A DNA stretch of 31,920 nt, taken from NCBI GenBank assembly GCA_016210125.1, contig JACQUS010000499.1, forward strand, positions 1 to 31,920. The letters are read 5' to 3'. The position numbers were made by a program, and so were the translations under genes. Under the pieces are notes generated by a model, which was given only the letters and a program-made list of their open reading frames with translations, was not told the DNA's origin and ran no database searches. This DNA is from Chloroflexota bacterium (GTDB lineage: Bacteria; Chloroflexota; UBA6077; FW602-bin22; JACQUS01). Every line of letters begins with the position of its first letter. The stretch's first letter is position 1. Positions 8,115 to 17,597 of this stretch are shown in pieces.

Positions 8115-10001
8115 GTGGACGCCCGCGGATTGGCGGCGCGACTGAGGCGTGACGACCTGGCGATCGTGGCGCTCGGGGTGCTGCTCCCCGTAGCCGGCCT
8201 GCTTGTATCGAGCGGTATCGCCGAGGCGCTCATAGCCTTCGGGCGGAGCGACCTTGCGTTGCAGCTCATCGGGTCGGCCATCCACGACGCCATCTACCTG
8301 CAGATCGCGCGCGAGCAGTTAACGCACCTTGCGCTCTCGTACGACGGGCTCGCGCTGGCGCCTTGGGGGCTGGCGGCGCAGCTCGAAGGCACGGTCCTGG
8401 CCGAGACCGTGGTGGCATTCGGCACGAGCCTCGTCCTTCTGGCGCTTGGGCTCTGTGTCGCCAGCCAGCGGCCGCGGCTTCAGGGCCTGGCGGCCGTCAG
8501 GCTCGTGGCCCTGGTCGGCTACCACCTCACCGCGACCAACACGCTCCTGAACTACCGCCTGACCGTCGACAGCGCCGACAAGATGGGCCTCGCCGCGGCC
8601 GTCAGCAAGTTTGGCGGAAACGACGCGCGCGCTTACCAGCTCGTCGCCGGCACGCTGGAGGTCCTGTTCCCGGTCGGGCTGCTCGCGCTGGCACACGTGT
8701 ACGTGTTCGGCCGCTGGTGGCAGCGTGGCGCGCGCGGCACGACGCTCCCGTCGGCGGCGGCCGTCGCCGTGGCGGTGGCCATCGCCGTGCTCTCGCCGGC
8801 GGCCAGTGCGGGCCCGGCGGACGGCGGCGCTGCGCCGCCGATTGCCGCCGCTGGTCCGGCTCGGCAGCCGCTGCGGACCGGTGACGGCGGCGCCGCGATG
8901 CCGTCCGTCGATGCCGGCCGGGCGCAGCAGCAGGCGCAGACAGGTAACAGCCGCGCTGCGCCGGAGCCCCCGGGCGAGCGGCCGCTGCGGCCGCTGGTGT
9001 TCCATCCGACGGCGCCGACCCGCCCGCCGCGTGTCGAGCTGCGCTTGACCGACGAGGGCTGGCTGCTGCTGCGCGACAGTGAGCCTATGGTCATCAAGGG
9101 CATGGGCTACAGCACGGTCGTGCACGAGCGGAGCCGCGAGGGGCGCATGCGCAAGTGGGCCGAGGACTTCCGGGCCATCGCGGCGAGCGGCTTCAACACG
9201 GTCGTGGGCTGGGAGGACGAGCAGCACAGCCAGCCCTGGACGACCGAGGTGCTCGACCTGGCGCACCAGGCCGGGCTCGGCGTGATCTTGCCCTTCTACC
9301 TGCCGAGCAAGGCCGCTTACGCCCAGCCCATGGTGCGCGAGCGCTATCGCGCCGAGGTCGCTGCGTGGGTCCGGGCCTATCGTACGCACCCGGCGCTGCT
9401 GATGTGGGGACTCGGCAACGAGGTCCTGCACGGCATTGGGCTGGAGCGGCCGGCCGAGGCCGCAGCCTTCTCCGCCTTCTACTGGGAGCTGGCCGACCTG
9501 GTGCGCGAGCTCGATCCGCAGCACCCGGTGACCTACCGCGGCGGGGAAGAGTACTACATCGCCCCGCTCATCGCCGCCTACCGCGAGACCGGCGTCGAGC
9601 GTCCGTGGTTCGCCTACGGGGTGAACGTCTACAACGCCGGGCCGCGCCCGCGCCACTTCCGCCGCGTGCTGCACGAGCTGTGGCCAGCGCGCGCGTGGCC
9701 GGTGGCAGCGTACGTCTCGGAGTTCAATGCGCTGGGGCTCGACGAGCAGACGCGGCCGAAGACACTGGTCAAGATGTGGCGCATCATCCACGAGCGGCCT
9801 GGAGCGTTCCTCGGCGGCGCGGTGTACGTTTGGAGCACGGCCGGCCCGGAGGTCGCCGATCGCTCGCTGGGGCTCGTGGACGGACAGAACCGGCCCGTCG
9901 ACCGTGCGCTGGAGCTGCTCGGCGCGGAGCTGCGACGCGAGCGGCCGTCGCTGCGGCGGCCATCGCTTTACGGCCCAACGGTAGCGCGCGACGAGGGCTA
10001 G
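8115..10001 (+). CDS. Membrane-anchored clan GH-A (GH2-like) TIM-barrel glycoside hydrolase
   Basis: N-terminal multi-TM region, Ala/Pro-rich linker, then IKGMGYS, LMWGLGNEV (acid/base NE motif) and YVSEF (nucleophile motif). Confidence 0.65.
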   Translation: MDARGLAARLRRDDLAIVALGVLLPVAGLLVSSGIAEALIAFGRSDLALQLIGSAIHDAIYLQIAREQLTHLALSYDGLALAPWGLAAQLEGTVLAETVVAFGTSLVLLALGLCVASQRPRLQGLAAVRLVALVGYHLTATNTLLNYRLTVDSADKMGLAAAVSKFGGNDARAYQLVAGTLEVLFPVGLLALAHVYVFGRWWQRGARGTTLPSAAAVAVAVAIAVLSPAASAGPADGGAAPPIAAAGPARQPLRTGDGGAAMPSVDAGRAQQQAQTGNSRAAPEPPGERPLRPLVFHPTAPTRPPRVELRLTDEGWLLLRDSEPMVIKGMGYSTVVHERSREGRMRKWAEDFRAIAASGFNTVVGWEDEQHSQPWTTEVLDLAHQAGLGVILPFYLPSKAAYAQPMVRERYRAEVAAWVRAYRTHPALLMWGLGNEVLHGIGLERPAEAAAFSAFYWELADLVRELDPQHPVTYRGGEEYYIAPLIAAYRETGVERPWFAYGVNVYNAGPRPRHFRRVLHELWPARAWPVAAYVSEFNALGLDEQTRPKTLVKMWRIIHERPGAFLGGAVYVWSTAGPEVADRSLGLVDGQNRPVDRALELLGAELRRERPSLRRPSLYGPTVARDEG

Positions 10002-10309
10002 GCCGGGGCGATCTTGATGTCGTCGCCTTCGACGAGCACGCGGTAAGCGGGCACCGGCTTGCTGGGCGGCCCCATCTCGACGTCGCCGGTGCGCACGCTG
10101 AACATGCCGCCGTGCCACGGGCAGACGATCGTCTCGCCGTCGAGCTCGCCCTCGCCCAAGGGACCGCCACGGTGCGTGCAGGTGCCGCCGATGGCCAGGT
10201 ACTCGCCGTTCACGTTCGCCAGCGCCACCGGCTGGCCGTCGCACTGCACCTCGATGACCGCGCCCGGCGGCACGTCGCCCGTCTTCGCGACGCTCACAAA
10301 TGTGGCCAT
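9998..10309 (-). CDS. Rieske [2Fe-2S] ferredoxin (oxygenase ferredoxin-subunit type)
   Basis: CTH...CPWH motifs; GAGGTGAGG RBS. Confidence 0.92.
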   Translation of the reverse strand: MATFVSVAKTGDVPPGAVIEVQCDGQPVALANVNGEYLAIGGTCTHRGGPLGEGELDGETIVCPWHGGMFSVRTGDVEMGPPSKPVPAYRVLVEGDDIKIAPA

Positions 10310-10346
10310 GCCTCACCTCACGCGCTGCTGCGCTGCCGTTGAGAAA

Positions 10347-10355
10347 AGTTTAGCA
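10347..10355 (-). promoter_or_regulatory. Extended -10 promoter of the Rieske gene
   Basis: TG-C-TAAACT on the minus strand, about 38 nt upstream of the ATG. Confidence 0.4.
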
Positions 10356-10373
10356 TGCGGCGCGGACGGCGGT

Positions 10374-10451
10374 GTGCCCATCGACCGTGCCCATCGACCG
10401 TGCCCATCGACCATGCCCATTGACCATGCCCATTGACCATGCCCATTGACA
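10374..10451. repeat. Tandem array, 6 x 13 bp: (GTGCCCATCGACC)x3 then (ATGCCCATTGACC)x2 and ATGCCCATTGACA
   Basis: Read directly; lies in a divergent intergenic region. Confidence 0.95.
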
Positions 10452-10473
10452 CGCCGTGTGGCTGCGCTACGCT
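10446..10473 (+). promoter_or_regulatory. Possible sigma70 promoter of the FAD oxidoreductase-pyk-SDR run
   Basis: TTGACA-N16-TACGCT; the -35 is the end of the last tandem unit. Confidence 0.4.
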
Positions 10474-10547
10474 GGGCAGCGCGGGTCCGGCGGGCGCGTG
10501 GCGCGGCCGCGCGCATGGGGGCCGACAGTAGCGCGATGGGGTGAGCG

Positions 10548-11747
10548 ATGGCCTGGCGCACGGCCGACGTGCTGATCGTCGGCGCCGGCATCCACGGCTG
10601 TAGCCTGGCGTTCCACCTGATGCGGCAAGGCGGGCGGCGGGTCCTGACGATCGACAAGCAGTATCTCGGCGCGGCGGCGACGGGCAAATCCAGCAGCCTG
10701 GTGCGCATGCACTATACTGACGATCCGGAGGCGCGCCTGGCGGTGCGCAGCTACCAGTACTTCCGCAACTGGGCGGAGGTTGTGGGCGGCGACTGCGGCT
10801 TCACGCAGACCGGCTTCCTGCGCCTGGTCAAGCCGGTGGACTACCCACACCTGCGCAAGAACGTCGACCGCCTTCAGTGTCTGGGGGTGAACACGCGCGT
10901 CGTCACGCGCGACGAGATCGCCGAGATCCAACCCGGGCTGAACACGGCCGACGTCGAGATCGCGGCCTACGAGCCGGAGTCCGGCTACGCCGAGGCCACG
11001 CTCTGCGCCGTCGAGTTCATGAACGCCGCGCGCGCGGCCGGCGCCGAGCTGCTGAGCGAGACGCGCGCCACGGCGGTGCGGGTGGCCGGCGGGCGCGTCG
11101 TCGGCGTCGCGACCCACCGCGGCGAAATTGCCGCGCCGACGGTCGTGGTGGTGGCCAGCGTCTGGACGCGCGAGCTGCTCCAGCCGCTGGGCGTCGAGCT
11201 GCCGCTCTACCCCGTGCGCCACCAAGTCGCCTTCCTGCTGCGGCCGCCGGCGCTGGCGCGCGGGCACGTCATGGCCATCGACGGCACGCTCGATATGTAC
11301 TTCCGCCCGCACGGCCCGGCGCTGACGCTCGTCGGCGCGCGCGAGGGCGAGGTCATCGACGATCCCGACCACTACGACGAGGGCGTGAGCGAGGAGTTCC
11401 TGCTGACCGTCGCCGAGAAGCTGTCGCACCGCTTCCCGCCGTTCGCGGAGGCCGGCTTCCAGCGCGGCATCGCCGGCTTCTACGACATGACGCCCGACTC
11501 GAAGCCCCTGCTGGGCGCGGTGCCGGGCTACGAGGGCCTCTACGTGGAGGCCGGCTTCAGCGGCACCGGCTTCAAGATCGCTCCGGCGGTCGGCGAGGCT
11601 ATGGCCGAGCTCATCACGAACGGTCGCGCGCAGACCGTCGACCTCACGCTGTTCCGCCTCACGCGTTTCGCAGAGGGTCAGCCCATCTACGGCCCCTACG
11701 AGTACCACGACTACATCTCCAAGCACGCGCAGCCGGCCGCGGGGTGA
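10548..11747 (+). CDS. FAD-binding oxidoreductase, DAO/sarcosine oxidase beta-like
   Basis: IVGAGIHG Rossmann motif, ATGKSSSLVR, YDMTPDSKP, GFSGTGFKIAP. Confidence 0.88.
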   Translation: MAWRTADVLIVGAGIHGCSLAFHLMRQGGRRVLTIDKQYLGAAATGKSSSLVRMHYTDDPEARLAVRSYQYFRNWAEVVGGDCGFTQTGFLRLVKPVDYPHLRKNVDRLQCLGVNTRVVTRDEIAEIQPGLNTADVEIAAYEPESGYAEATLCAVEFMNAARAAGAELLSETRATAVRVAGGRVVGVATHRGEIAAPTVVVVASVWTRELLQPLGVELPLYPVRHQVAFLLRPPALARGHVMAIDGTLDMYFRPHGPALTLVGAREGEVIDDPDHYDEGVSEEFLLTVAEKLSHRFPPFAEAGFQRGIAGFYDMTPDSKPLLGAVPGYEGLYVEAGFSGTGFKIAPAVGEAMAELITNGRAQTVDLTLFRLTRFAEGQPIYGPYEYHDYISKHAQPAAG

Positions 11748-11792
11748 GCGCGGCCCGCTAGGCACAGCCTGGGCTTGCTTGGAGGGAGCGAG

Positions 11793-13304
11793 ATGGTGAC
11801 CGACGCGCTACGATCGGCGGCCGATGGCTCTCGCCGCCGCACCAAAATCGTCGCTACCATCGGCCCGGCCTCGCGCGACGAGGCGACGCTGGAGACGCTG
11901 CTGCGCGCGGGGGTCGACGTCGTGCGCCTGAACTTCTCGCACGGCAAGCCAGAGGAGCACAGCGAGACGTTTCACCGCGTCCGTCGCCTGGCCGACCGGA
12001 TCGGCCGCCCGGTGGCCATCCTGCAGGACCTCGCCGGGCCGAAAATCCGCACCGGGCGGCTCGAGGGCAACCAGCCGATCCTCCTGCGCCCGGCCGATCC
12101 GCTGGTCATCACCACCGAGCCGGTGCTCGGCCGGCCTGGGCTCATCTCGACCACGTACGCGGAGCTGGCGACCGACGTGCGACCCGGCGATCGCTTGCTG
12201 CTGGCCGACGGCGAGATGCAGCTCGAGGTCCTCGCGACCGACGGCCGCACCGTCCAAACGCGGGTCATCGACGGCGGCGTGCTCGGCGAGCAGCAGGGCA
12301 TCAACCTGCCCGGCGTGACACTCAGCGTGCCGGCGCTCACCGAGAAGGACATGAGCGACATCGCCTTCGGGGTGAAGCTCGGCGTCGACTTTATCGCCCT
12401 GAGCTTCGTGCAGTCGGCGGCCAACGTGCGCGTCGCTCGCCGCGTCGTCCGCGAGTGCGGCGGGCGCACGCCGCTCATCGCCAAGCTGGAGAAGCCGCAG
12501 GCCATCGACGACCTGCCGGCCATCCTCGCCGTCGCCGACGGCGTGATGGTCGCGCGCGGCGACCTCGGCGTCGAGCTGCCACCGGAGCGTGTCCCGCCGC
12601 TGCAGAAGCGCATCATCGCCGACGCCAACGCCGCCGGCATCCCGGTCATCACGGCGACGCAGATGCTGGAGTCGATGGTCACGCAGCCGCGACCGACCCG
12701 CGCCGAGGCCTCGGACGTCGCCAACGCCATCCTCGATGGCACCGACGCTGTCATGCTCTCCGCGGAGACGGCCGTCGGCAAATACCCCGTCGAGGCCGTG
12801 CAGACGATGGCGCGCATCGCGCTTGAGGCCGAGGCCCTGCTGCTCCAGGCACCTCGCCCTCCGCGTGCCCGCGCGCGGCACGTGGCCACCACCCACGCCC
12901 ACGCCATCGCCGAGGCCGCCTGCCACCTGGCCGAGGACCTGCACGCGCGGGCCATCGCCGTGCTGGCCGGCGGCGGCGGCTCGACGCGACTGGTCTCGCG
13001 CGCGCGGCCATCGGCGCCCATCATCTCCTGCACCGACGACGAGGGCGTCTTTCGGCGGCTGACCCTGCTCTGGGGGGTCGAGCCGCTGCTCTGCCCCTTC
13101 AGCCCCGACCTCGACGCCACGATCGCCCGCGTCGAGCAAGAGCTGGTGCAGCGCCAGGTCGCCGCGCCTGGCGACCTCATCGTCGTCGTCGGCTCGTCGC
13201 CGGTGCTCGAGCGCGGGCGGACGAACTTCGTCAAAGTGCACCGCATCAGCGGCGGCCGCCCGGCGCGCGGCGTGGCGGACTGGAGGAGGAAAGAGGATGG
13301 CTGA
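11793..13304 (+). CDS. pyk: Pyruvate kinase
   Basis: TKIVATIGPAS, RLNFSHG, DLAGPKIRTG, VMVARGDLGVE, TQMLESM, DAVMLSAETA. Confidence 0.97.
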   Translation: MVTDALRSAADGSRRRTKIVATIGPASRDEATLETLLRAGVDVVRLNFSHGKPEEHSETFHRVRRLADRIGRPVAILQDLAGPKIRTGRLEGNQPILLRPADPLVITTEPVLGRPGLISTTYAELATDVRPGDRLLLADGEMQLEVLATDGRTVQTRVIDGGVLGEQQGINLPGVTLSVPALTEKDMSDIAFGVKLGVDFIALSFVQSAANVRVARRVVRECGGRTPLIAKLEKPQAIDDLPAILAVADGVMVARGDLGVELPPERVPPLQKRIIADANAAGIPVITATQMLESMVTQPRPTRAEASDVANAILDGTDAVMLSAETAVGKYPVEAVQTMARIALEAEALLLQAPRPPRARARHVATTHAHAIAEAACHLAEDLHARAIAVLAGGGGSTRLVSRARPSAPIISCTDDEGVFRRLTLLWGVEPLLCPFSPDLDATIARVEQELVQRQVAAPGDLIVVVGSSPVLERGRTNFVKVHRISGGRPARGVADWRRKEDG

Positions 13305-14079
13305 CACGGGAGTCCTGGTCGGCAAGGTCGCCCTGGTCACGGGCGCCGGAAGAGGGATCGGCCGCGCCATCGCGCTGGCGTTGGCCCACGCCGGCGCTGA
13401 CGTTGCCGCCAGCGACATCAACGCGCAGACGGCCGAGGACACGGCGGCCGAGGTGCGCGGGCTGGGCCAGCGTGCGCTTGCCCTGGCGGGCGACGTGGCC
13501 GGCAAGAGCGACGTTCAGCACTGGGTGGATGAGACCGTGGCGCGACTTGGCCAGCTCGACGTCTTGGTGAGCAATGCCGGCTGGCGACCGCGCCACCCGT
13601 TCCTGGAGTTCCCCGAAGACGTCTGGGACCGCATTATGGCCGTCTGCCTGAAGGGCGTGTTCCTGTGCGGGCAGGCCGCAGCGCGGGAGATGGTCAAGCG
13701 CGGCGGCGGGCGGATCATCAACATCTCGTCGGTGGTGGCCGACCGCGCCTTCGTCAACACGGCAGCGTACTCGGCGGCCAAGGGCGGAATCAACGCCCTG
13801 ACCTACGTGATGGCCACCGAGCTGGCGCCATACGGCGTGACCGTGAACGCCATCGCGCCCGGCCTGGTGATGACGCCGCACCAGGCGGAGCACACCAGCC
13901 CGGAGGCCTGGCGGCAGCGCCTTCGCCGCACGCCACTCGGGCGGGCTGCCCAACCGGACGAGGTCGCCCCGCTCGCGGTCTACCTGGCGTCGGACGCGGC
14001 GGCTTGGGTGACCGGCTCGGTCTTTCGCATCGATGGCGGCTTCAGCGCCGGCGGCGTGTTTCCGGAGCCCACGCTGTAG
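13297..14079 (+). CDS. Short-chain dehydrogenase/reductase
   Basis: TGAGRGIG, NAG, YSAAK. Confidence 0.93.
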   Translation: MADTGVLVGKVALVTGAGRGIGRAIALALAHAGADVAASDINAQTAEDTAAEVRGLGQRALALAGDVAGKSDVQHWVDETVARLGQLDVLVSNAGWRPRHPFLEFPEDVWDRIMAVCLKGVFLCGQAAAREMVKRGGGRIINISSVVADRAFVNTAAYSAAKGGINALTYVMATELAPYGVTVNAIAPGLVMTPHQAEHTSPEAWRQRLRRTPLGRAAQPDEVAPLAVYLASDAAAWVTGSVFRIDGGFSAGGVFPEPTL

Positions 14080-14118
14080 CTGCTCCCCTCGGGACACACT
14101 GTATCGCAGGGCCAAGAT

Positions 14119-14195
14119 GGGGGAGTCCAGAGGTCGCCCAGGCGACCTCTGGCGGGGTTTGGGGCGTCCCCAATAATCCGGGGAGGGGGTGGGGC
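14119..14195 (+). repeat. Hairpin + G-tract dispersed repeat, copy C, between convergent SDR genes (possible bidirectional terminator)
   Basis: GGGGGAGT then perfect 12-bp stem CCAGAGGTCGCC-CA-GGCGACCTCTGG, second hairpin TTGGGG-CGT-CCCCAA, tail GGGAGGGGGTGGGGC. Confidence 0.75.
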
Positions 14196-14198
14196 GCA

Positions 14199-14999
14199 TC
14201 AGCGCATCACGGCCCCACCGTCGACGTGCAGCGCCTGGCCGGTCATGTTGCGCGCGCGGTCGGACGCCAGGAAGCTCACGGCCCAGCCGATGTCCTCGGG
14301 CGTCGTGTCACGCCCGAGCGGGCAGCGCTTGCGCATGCGCTCCTCGAAGATGCTGCGCGGGCTGGCGGCCTGCTCGCCCTTGACCTCGTACCGCCAATTC
14401 GAGATGTCGATCTGCATCTGCGTCCAGACCATGGCCGGGCAGACGCAGTTCACGTTGATGTCGTACGGCGCGAGTTGGAGCGCCAGGCACTGCGTATACA
14501 TCAGCAGGCCGGCCTTCGAGGCGTGGTAGTGCGGGCTCAGCGGCGAGGCCTCGCGCGAGGCGCTCGACCCAATGTTGACGATCTTCCCCGCGCGCCGGCC
14601 GATCATGTGCGGCGCGACGGCCTCGGAGCAGAACACCGTGCCGCGCACGTTGACCTGGAAGGTCGCGTCCCAATCGGCCGATCGCCAGCGCTCCTCGCGC
14701 TGCCAGCCCGCTGCGCCGTACACCCCGGCGTTGTTGACGAGGATATCGATCTTGCCGAACTCGGCGAGCACGCGGTCGACCATGGCCTGGAGTGAGCGCT
14801 GGTCGATCAGGTCGCAGCGCACCGCGAGCGCCTTGCGGCCGAGCGCGGCGATCTCGCCGGCCGTCTCGCGGGCGCGCGGCTCGTCGACGTCGGCGATGGC
14901 GATGTCGGCGCCGTCCTGCGCGAGGACCAGGGCGATGCCGCGCCCGATGCCCTGCGCCGCGCCGGTGACGATGGCCGTCTTGCCCAATAGCTGGGTCAT
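14199..14999 (-). CDS. Short-chain dehydrogenase/reductase
   Basis: ATG at 14999 after GAGGAGG; TGAAQGIG, NNAG, YHASK. Confidence 0.93.
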   Translation of the reverse strand: MTQLLGKTAIVTGAAQGIGRGIALVLAQDGADIAIADVDEPRARETAGEIAALGRKALAVRCDLIDQRSLQAMVDRVLAEFGKIDILVNNAGVYGAAGWQREERWRSADWDATFQVNVRGTVFCSEAVAPHMIGRRAGKIVNIGSSASREASPLSPHYHASKAGLLMYTQCLALQLAPYDINVNCVCPAMVWTQMQIDISNWRYEVKGEQAASPRSIFEERMRKRCPLGRDTTPEDIGWAVSFLASDRARNMTGQALHVDGGAVMR

Positions 15000-15035
15000 G
15001 CTGGTGACCTCCTCTTTCGCGGCTGTAGGTGCCAT

Positions 15036-16655
15036 TCAGGGCTCAGTTGGCAGCGCACTAGACAGTGCCTCTCTGATACGAGCGATCACCGCATCGGCCA
15101 ACTCCTTTGGGATCTCCGCCATTTCCTGAGCCACACGGCCCTTCAGATGAGCGCCGTCGTTCCGCTCCGCACGTTCCACCAGGAGCGCCCATTTGGTCTT
15201 AGCGTTCCCTTGGCTTCCGTCCAAAACGTCAGCAATCGTGCTCTCGTCTAGGCGAAGCGCCTTTTGCAGCGCTGCGCTGTCCAACAGGAGATATGCCGTG
15301 ATGTCCGGCTCGATGGTCACGTAGTACTCGTTCTCGTCGAACCATGAGGGCAGGTCATCTGGCAGAGTCGCACTATGATCGAGGAGCAATAGGAAGGGCT
15401 TGTGTGGTGACACGCCGAACCGGTTGAATGTCTTCACTGCCCGTGCCGTATTGATGACACCAGCGCCGCCCCTGCCGTATATGGTGACGTTAGGTTCCAG
15501 GCCACACCGTCTCAACCAGAAGTTCCAAACCGCTTTGTCGTCCGGCCCCTCAACAAACAGCAAGAAATCGCGCACTTCCCCTCCAACGATTCTTCTTACG
15601 TCCCACCATTCCTTGATGATCTTGCCTATCTCGCGGTTCTCATACGGCTGGATCTGGGGGGAGCTCCTCGAAACTACGTACGCTCTTTTCCATGGCGAGC
15701 AATCGATTACATCTAGCGAGTGCGTACAAACAACGATCTGCTTCTCGTATTCTTGAGCCTCCTCGAGTGCGAATTCCATCAATCGTCTTTGGGCGAGGGG
15801 ATGCAGATTGCACTCCGGCTCTTCGATGAAGATGACCGAACGTGCAGGGCACGCAACGATGAGGGAGACCAGGAACACGACTTGCTTGGTGCCGGTTGCG
15901 ACGTGTCGCCAAGGAGTCTGCCCGGCCTCCTCCTCACGAACGGACAGATCGGCTACACGTTCGTTAGCCCGAAGGGCTGTCAGTACCTGCTGAAGTCGGC
16001 TCTCAGGCAGGATATTGCACATAGCCTGGAGCGCACGAGCCCAAACATCCGGCTCGCGGGTTTGAAGCGACGCTACGAACGCTAAGAGGTTCTTGCCGTC
16101 CGGCGCTAGAATTTCGGCTCCGTAAAGCTGGCTGCTTTCTTCAAACGAGCGCAGGGGCCCTCCGAAGCGCCAGCCGCGGCTGAGGTCTAGGTCTTCGCCT
16201 GCGCGGCCATAGGTTGTGGCGATTTCACGCTCTGCGGCGAGGATTATGCCGGCGCGCTCCGCCACTATGAGCCGGGCTCTCGTTTCGGTTGCCCCACGAG
16301 ATGATCGTTCAGATTCCAAGTGCAGTTGGGGCGTCCATTTGTCGCAAATGCCGTTGCCGTATTGTTTCGACGCGGGCTTGATCTCTCGGAGTGTCGTGGC
16401 AAACGTGAATTCGCATGTGATTCCGCAATCCTCTGCACCTCTGCTGACACAAGTCTCGTAGCCTCCCCGGTCGACGAGGCGGTCATTCCAGTCCCCCCCT
16501 GGGAATCCGTCCGCAGCCCAGCGCGCAGCATCCACGAGCGTGGACTTACCCGAGCCGTTCGGCCCAAGGAGAAGGTACACGCCGGGTCCGTCGAACTCGA
16601 CCTCGGCGTCTCGCAGGGCACGGTAGTTCTGAACCTTAACCTTCTTGAGCAGCAC
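15036..16655 (-). CDS. ABC/SMC-type ATPase fused to a TOPRIM-like domain (OLD-family / fused PARIS-like), low GC
   Basis: KVKVQNYRAL start, Walker A GPNGSGKS, Walker B/D-loop FIEEPECNLHP, H-loop CTHS, TOPRIM LFVEGPDD; sampled 60-nt lines are 48-57% GC. Confidence 0.75.
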   Translation of the reverse strand: MLLKKVKVQNYRALRDAEVEFDGPGVYLLLGPNGSGKSTLVDAARWAADGFPGGDWNDRLVDRGGYETCVSRGAEDCGITCEFTFATTLREIKPASKQYGNGICDKWTPQLHLESERSSRGATETRARLIVAERAGIILAAEREIATTYGRAGEDLDLSRGWRFGGPLRSFEESSQLYGAEILAPDGKNLLAFVASLQTREPDVWARALQAMCNILPESRLQQVLTALRANERVADLSVREEEAGQTPWRHVATGTKQVVFLVSLIVACPARSVIFIEEPECNLHPLAQRRLMEFALEEAQEYEKQIVVCTHSLDVIDCSPWKRAYVVSRSSPQIQPYENREIGKIIKEWWDVRRIVGGEVRDFLLFVEGPDDKAVWNFWLRRCGLEPNVTIYGRGGAGVINTARAVKTFNRFGVSPHKPFLLLLDHSATLPDDLPSWFDENEYYVTIEPDITAYLLLDSAALQKALRLDESTIADVLDGSQGNAKTKWALLVERAERNDGAHLKGRVAQEMAEIPKELADAVIARIREALSSALPTEP

Positions 16656-16677
16656 GCCTCAGTCCCGGTGAATACGA

Positions 16678-17541
16678 CTATTCTTCCACCGGCACCCAGC
16701 GGTAGGCGTCGCCGGCGGGCTCGACGCGGCCGACCGCCGGGAAGCGCAGGTGCGCGATGACGAGCAGCGCCCGCTCGGCGACGAAGCGCGGTAGCAGCCG
16801 CTGGCGCGTCGCGACCAGGGTATCACGGTCGCGCCAGCGCGGCATCCAGTCGAGGTGGCGGAACTCGGCGACCTGGTGGAAGAGGTCGCCGAGGTAGTAG
16901 ACGATGCCGTCGCCGGTGTCGACGCGCACGACGGCGTGGCCCGGCGACTCGCCCGCCGCCGGAATGAGTCGCACGCCGGGCAGCACCTCGCGCTCGCCGT
17001 CGAGCAACTCGACGACGCCGGCGGCCTCCAGCGCGTCCTTCTGCGGCTGGACCAGGTCGGCGCGCTGGTGCTGCTCCGGCGCGGCGCGCCACTCGGCGGC
17101 CGTGACGTAGTAGCGGGCGCGCGGGAACGCCGGCACCCGTCGGCCGTCGACGGTGCGCGTTGCGCCGAAGACGTGATCGCCGTGCAAGTGGCTGAAGAGC
17201 ACGTGGGTCACGTCGGCCGGCCGCACGCCGAGTGTCGCCAGGCCGGCCTCGACGCCGGGCGTCATCGTGATGTCGCGGATGCCGACCACCGGGCGCGCCG
17301 GATCGGTCGGATCGACCTCACCGAAGCCGGTGTCGAGCAGGATCGAGGCCCCGGGCAACGCCACGTGGACGACGTTGAGGTCCAGACGGATGCAGTCCTC
17401 GTGGTCGGCCTCGACCTCGGGGCGCCACTGCTCCTCGGGCACGCCGGCCAGCCCGCGCTCCAGTGGCCAGCGGCCCCAGCCCTCGGTGATCACGGCGATG
17501 CGCGCCCTGCCGAGCTGCCGTGTCCAGACGTAGTCAGCCAT
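16678..17541 (-). CDS. Metallo-beta-lactamase fold hydrolase
   Basis: ILLDTG, SHLHGDH, GESPGH, LGDLFH, AHLRFP. Confidence 0.9.
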   Translation of the reverse strand: MADYVWTRQLGRARIAVITEGWGRWPLERGLAGVPEEQWRPEVEADHEDCIRLDLNVVHVALPGASILLDTGFGEVDPTDPARPVVGIRDITMTPGVEAGLATLGVRPADVTHVLFSHLHGDHVFGATRTVDGRRVPAFPRARYYVTAAEWRAAPEQHQRADLVQPQKDALEAAGVVELLDGEREVLPGVRLIPAAGESPGHAVVRVDTGDGIVYYLGDLFHQVAEFRHLDWMPRWRDRDTLVATRQRLLPRFVAERALLVIAHLRFPAVGRVEPAGDAYRWVPVEE

Positions 17542-17597
17542 GGCTCGTTCTCCTCCTGTGACAGAGGCTCGCAGCCGGTCCTGCCCCGCCCGACCCC

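Noticed and set aside
8115-8720. N-terminal membrane domain as an exosortase
   Set aside because: The topology and the LLNYRL segment are loosely reminiscent, but I cannot place the Cys-Arg-His catalytic triad
8319-10316. Long antisense or alternate-frame ORFs (e.g. 8319-10316, 11808-13505, 21475-23148, 3868-5247, 27283-28527)
   Set aside because: Shadow ORFs of real genes in GC-rich DNA: Arg/Ala/Gly-rich with no recognisable motifs
10374-10451. 13-bp array as CRISPR or iterons
   Set aside because: Units are contiguous with no spacers, and there is no rep or cas gene nearby
15000-16700. Integron cassette or prophage origin for the low-GC ATPase-TOPRIM gene
   Set aside because: No attC-like inverted repeat, direct repeats, integrase or phage genes at its borders
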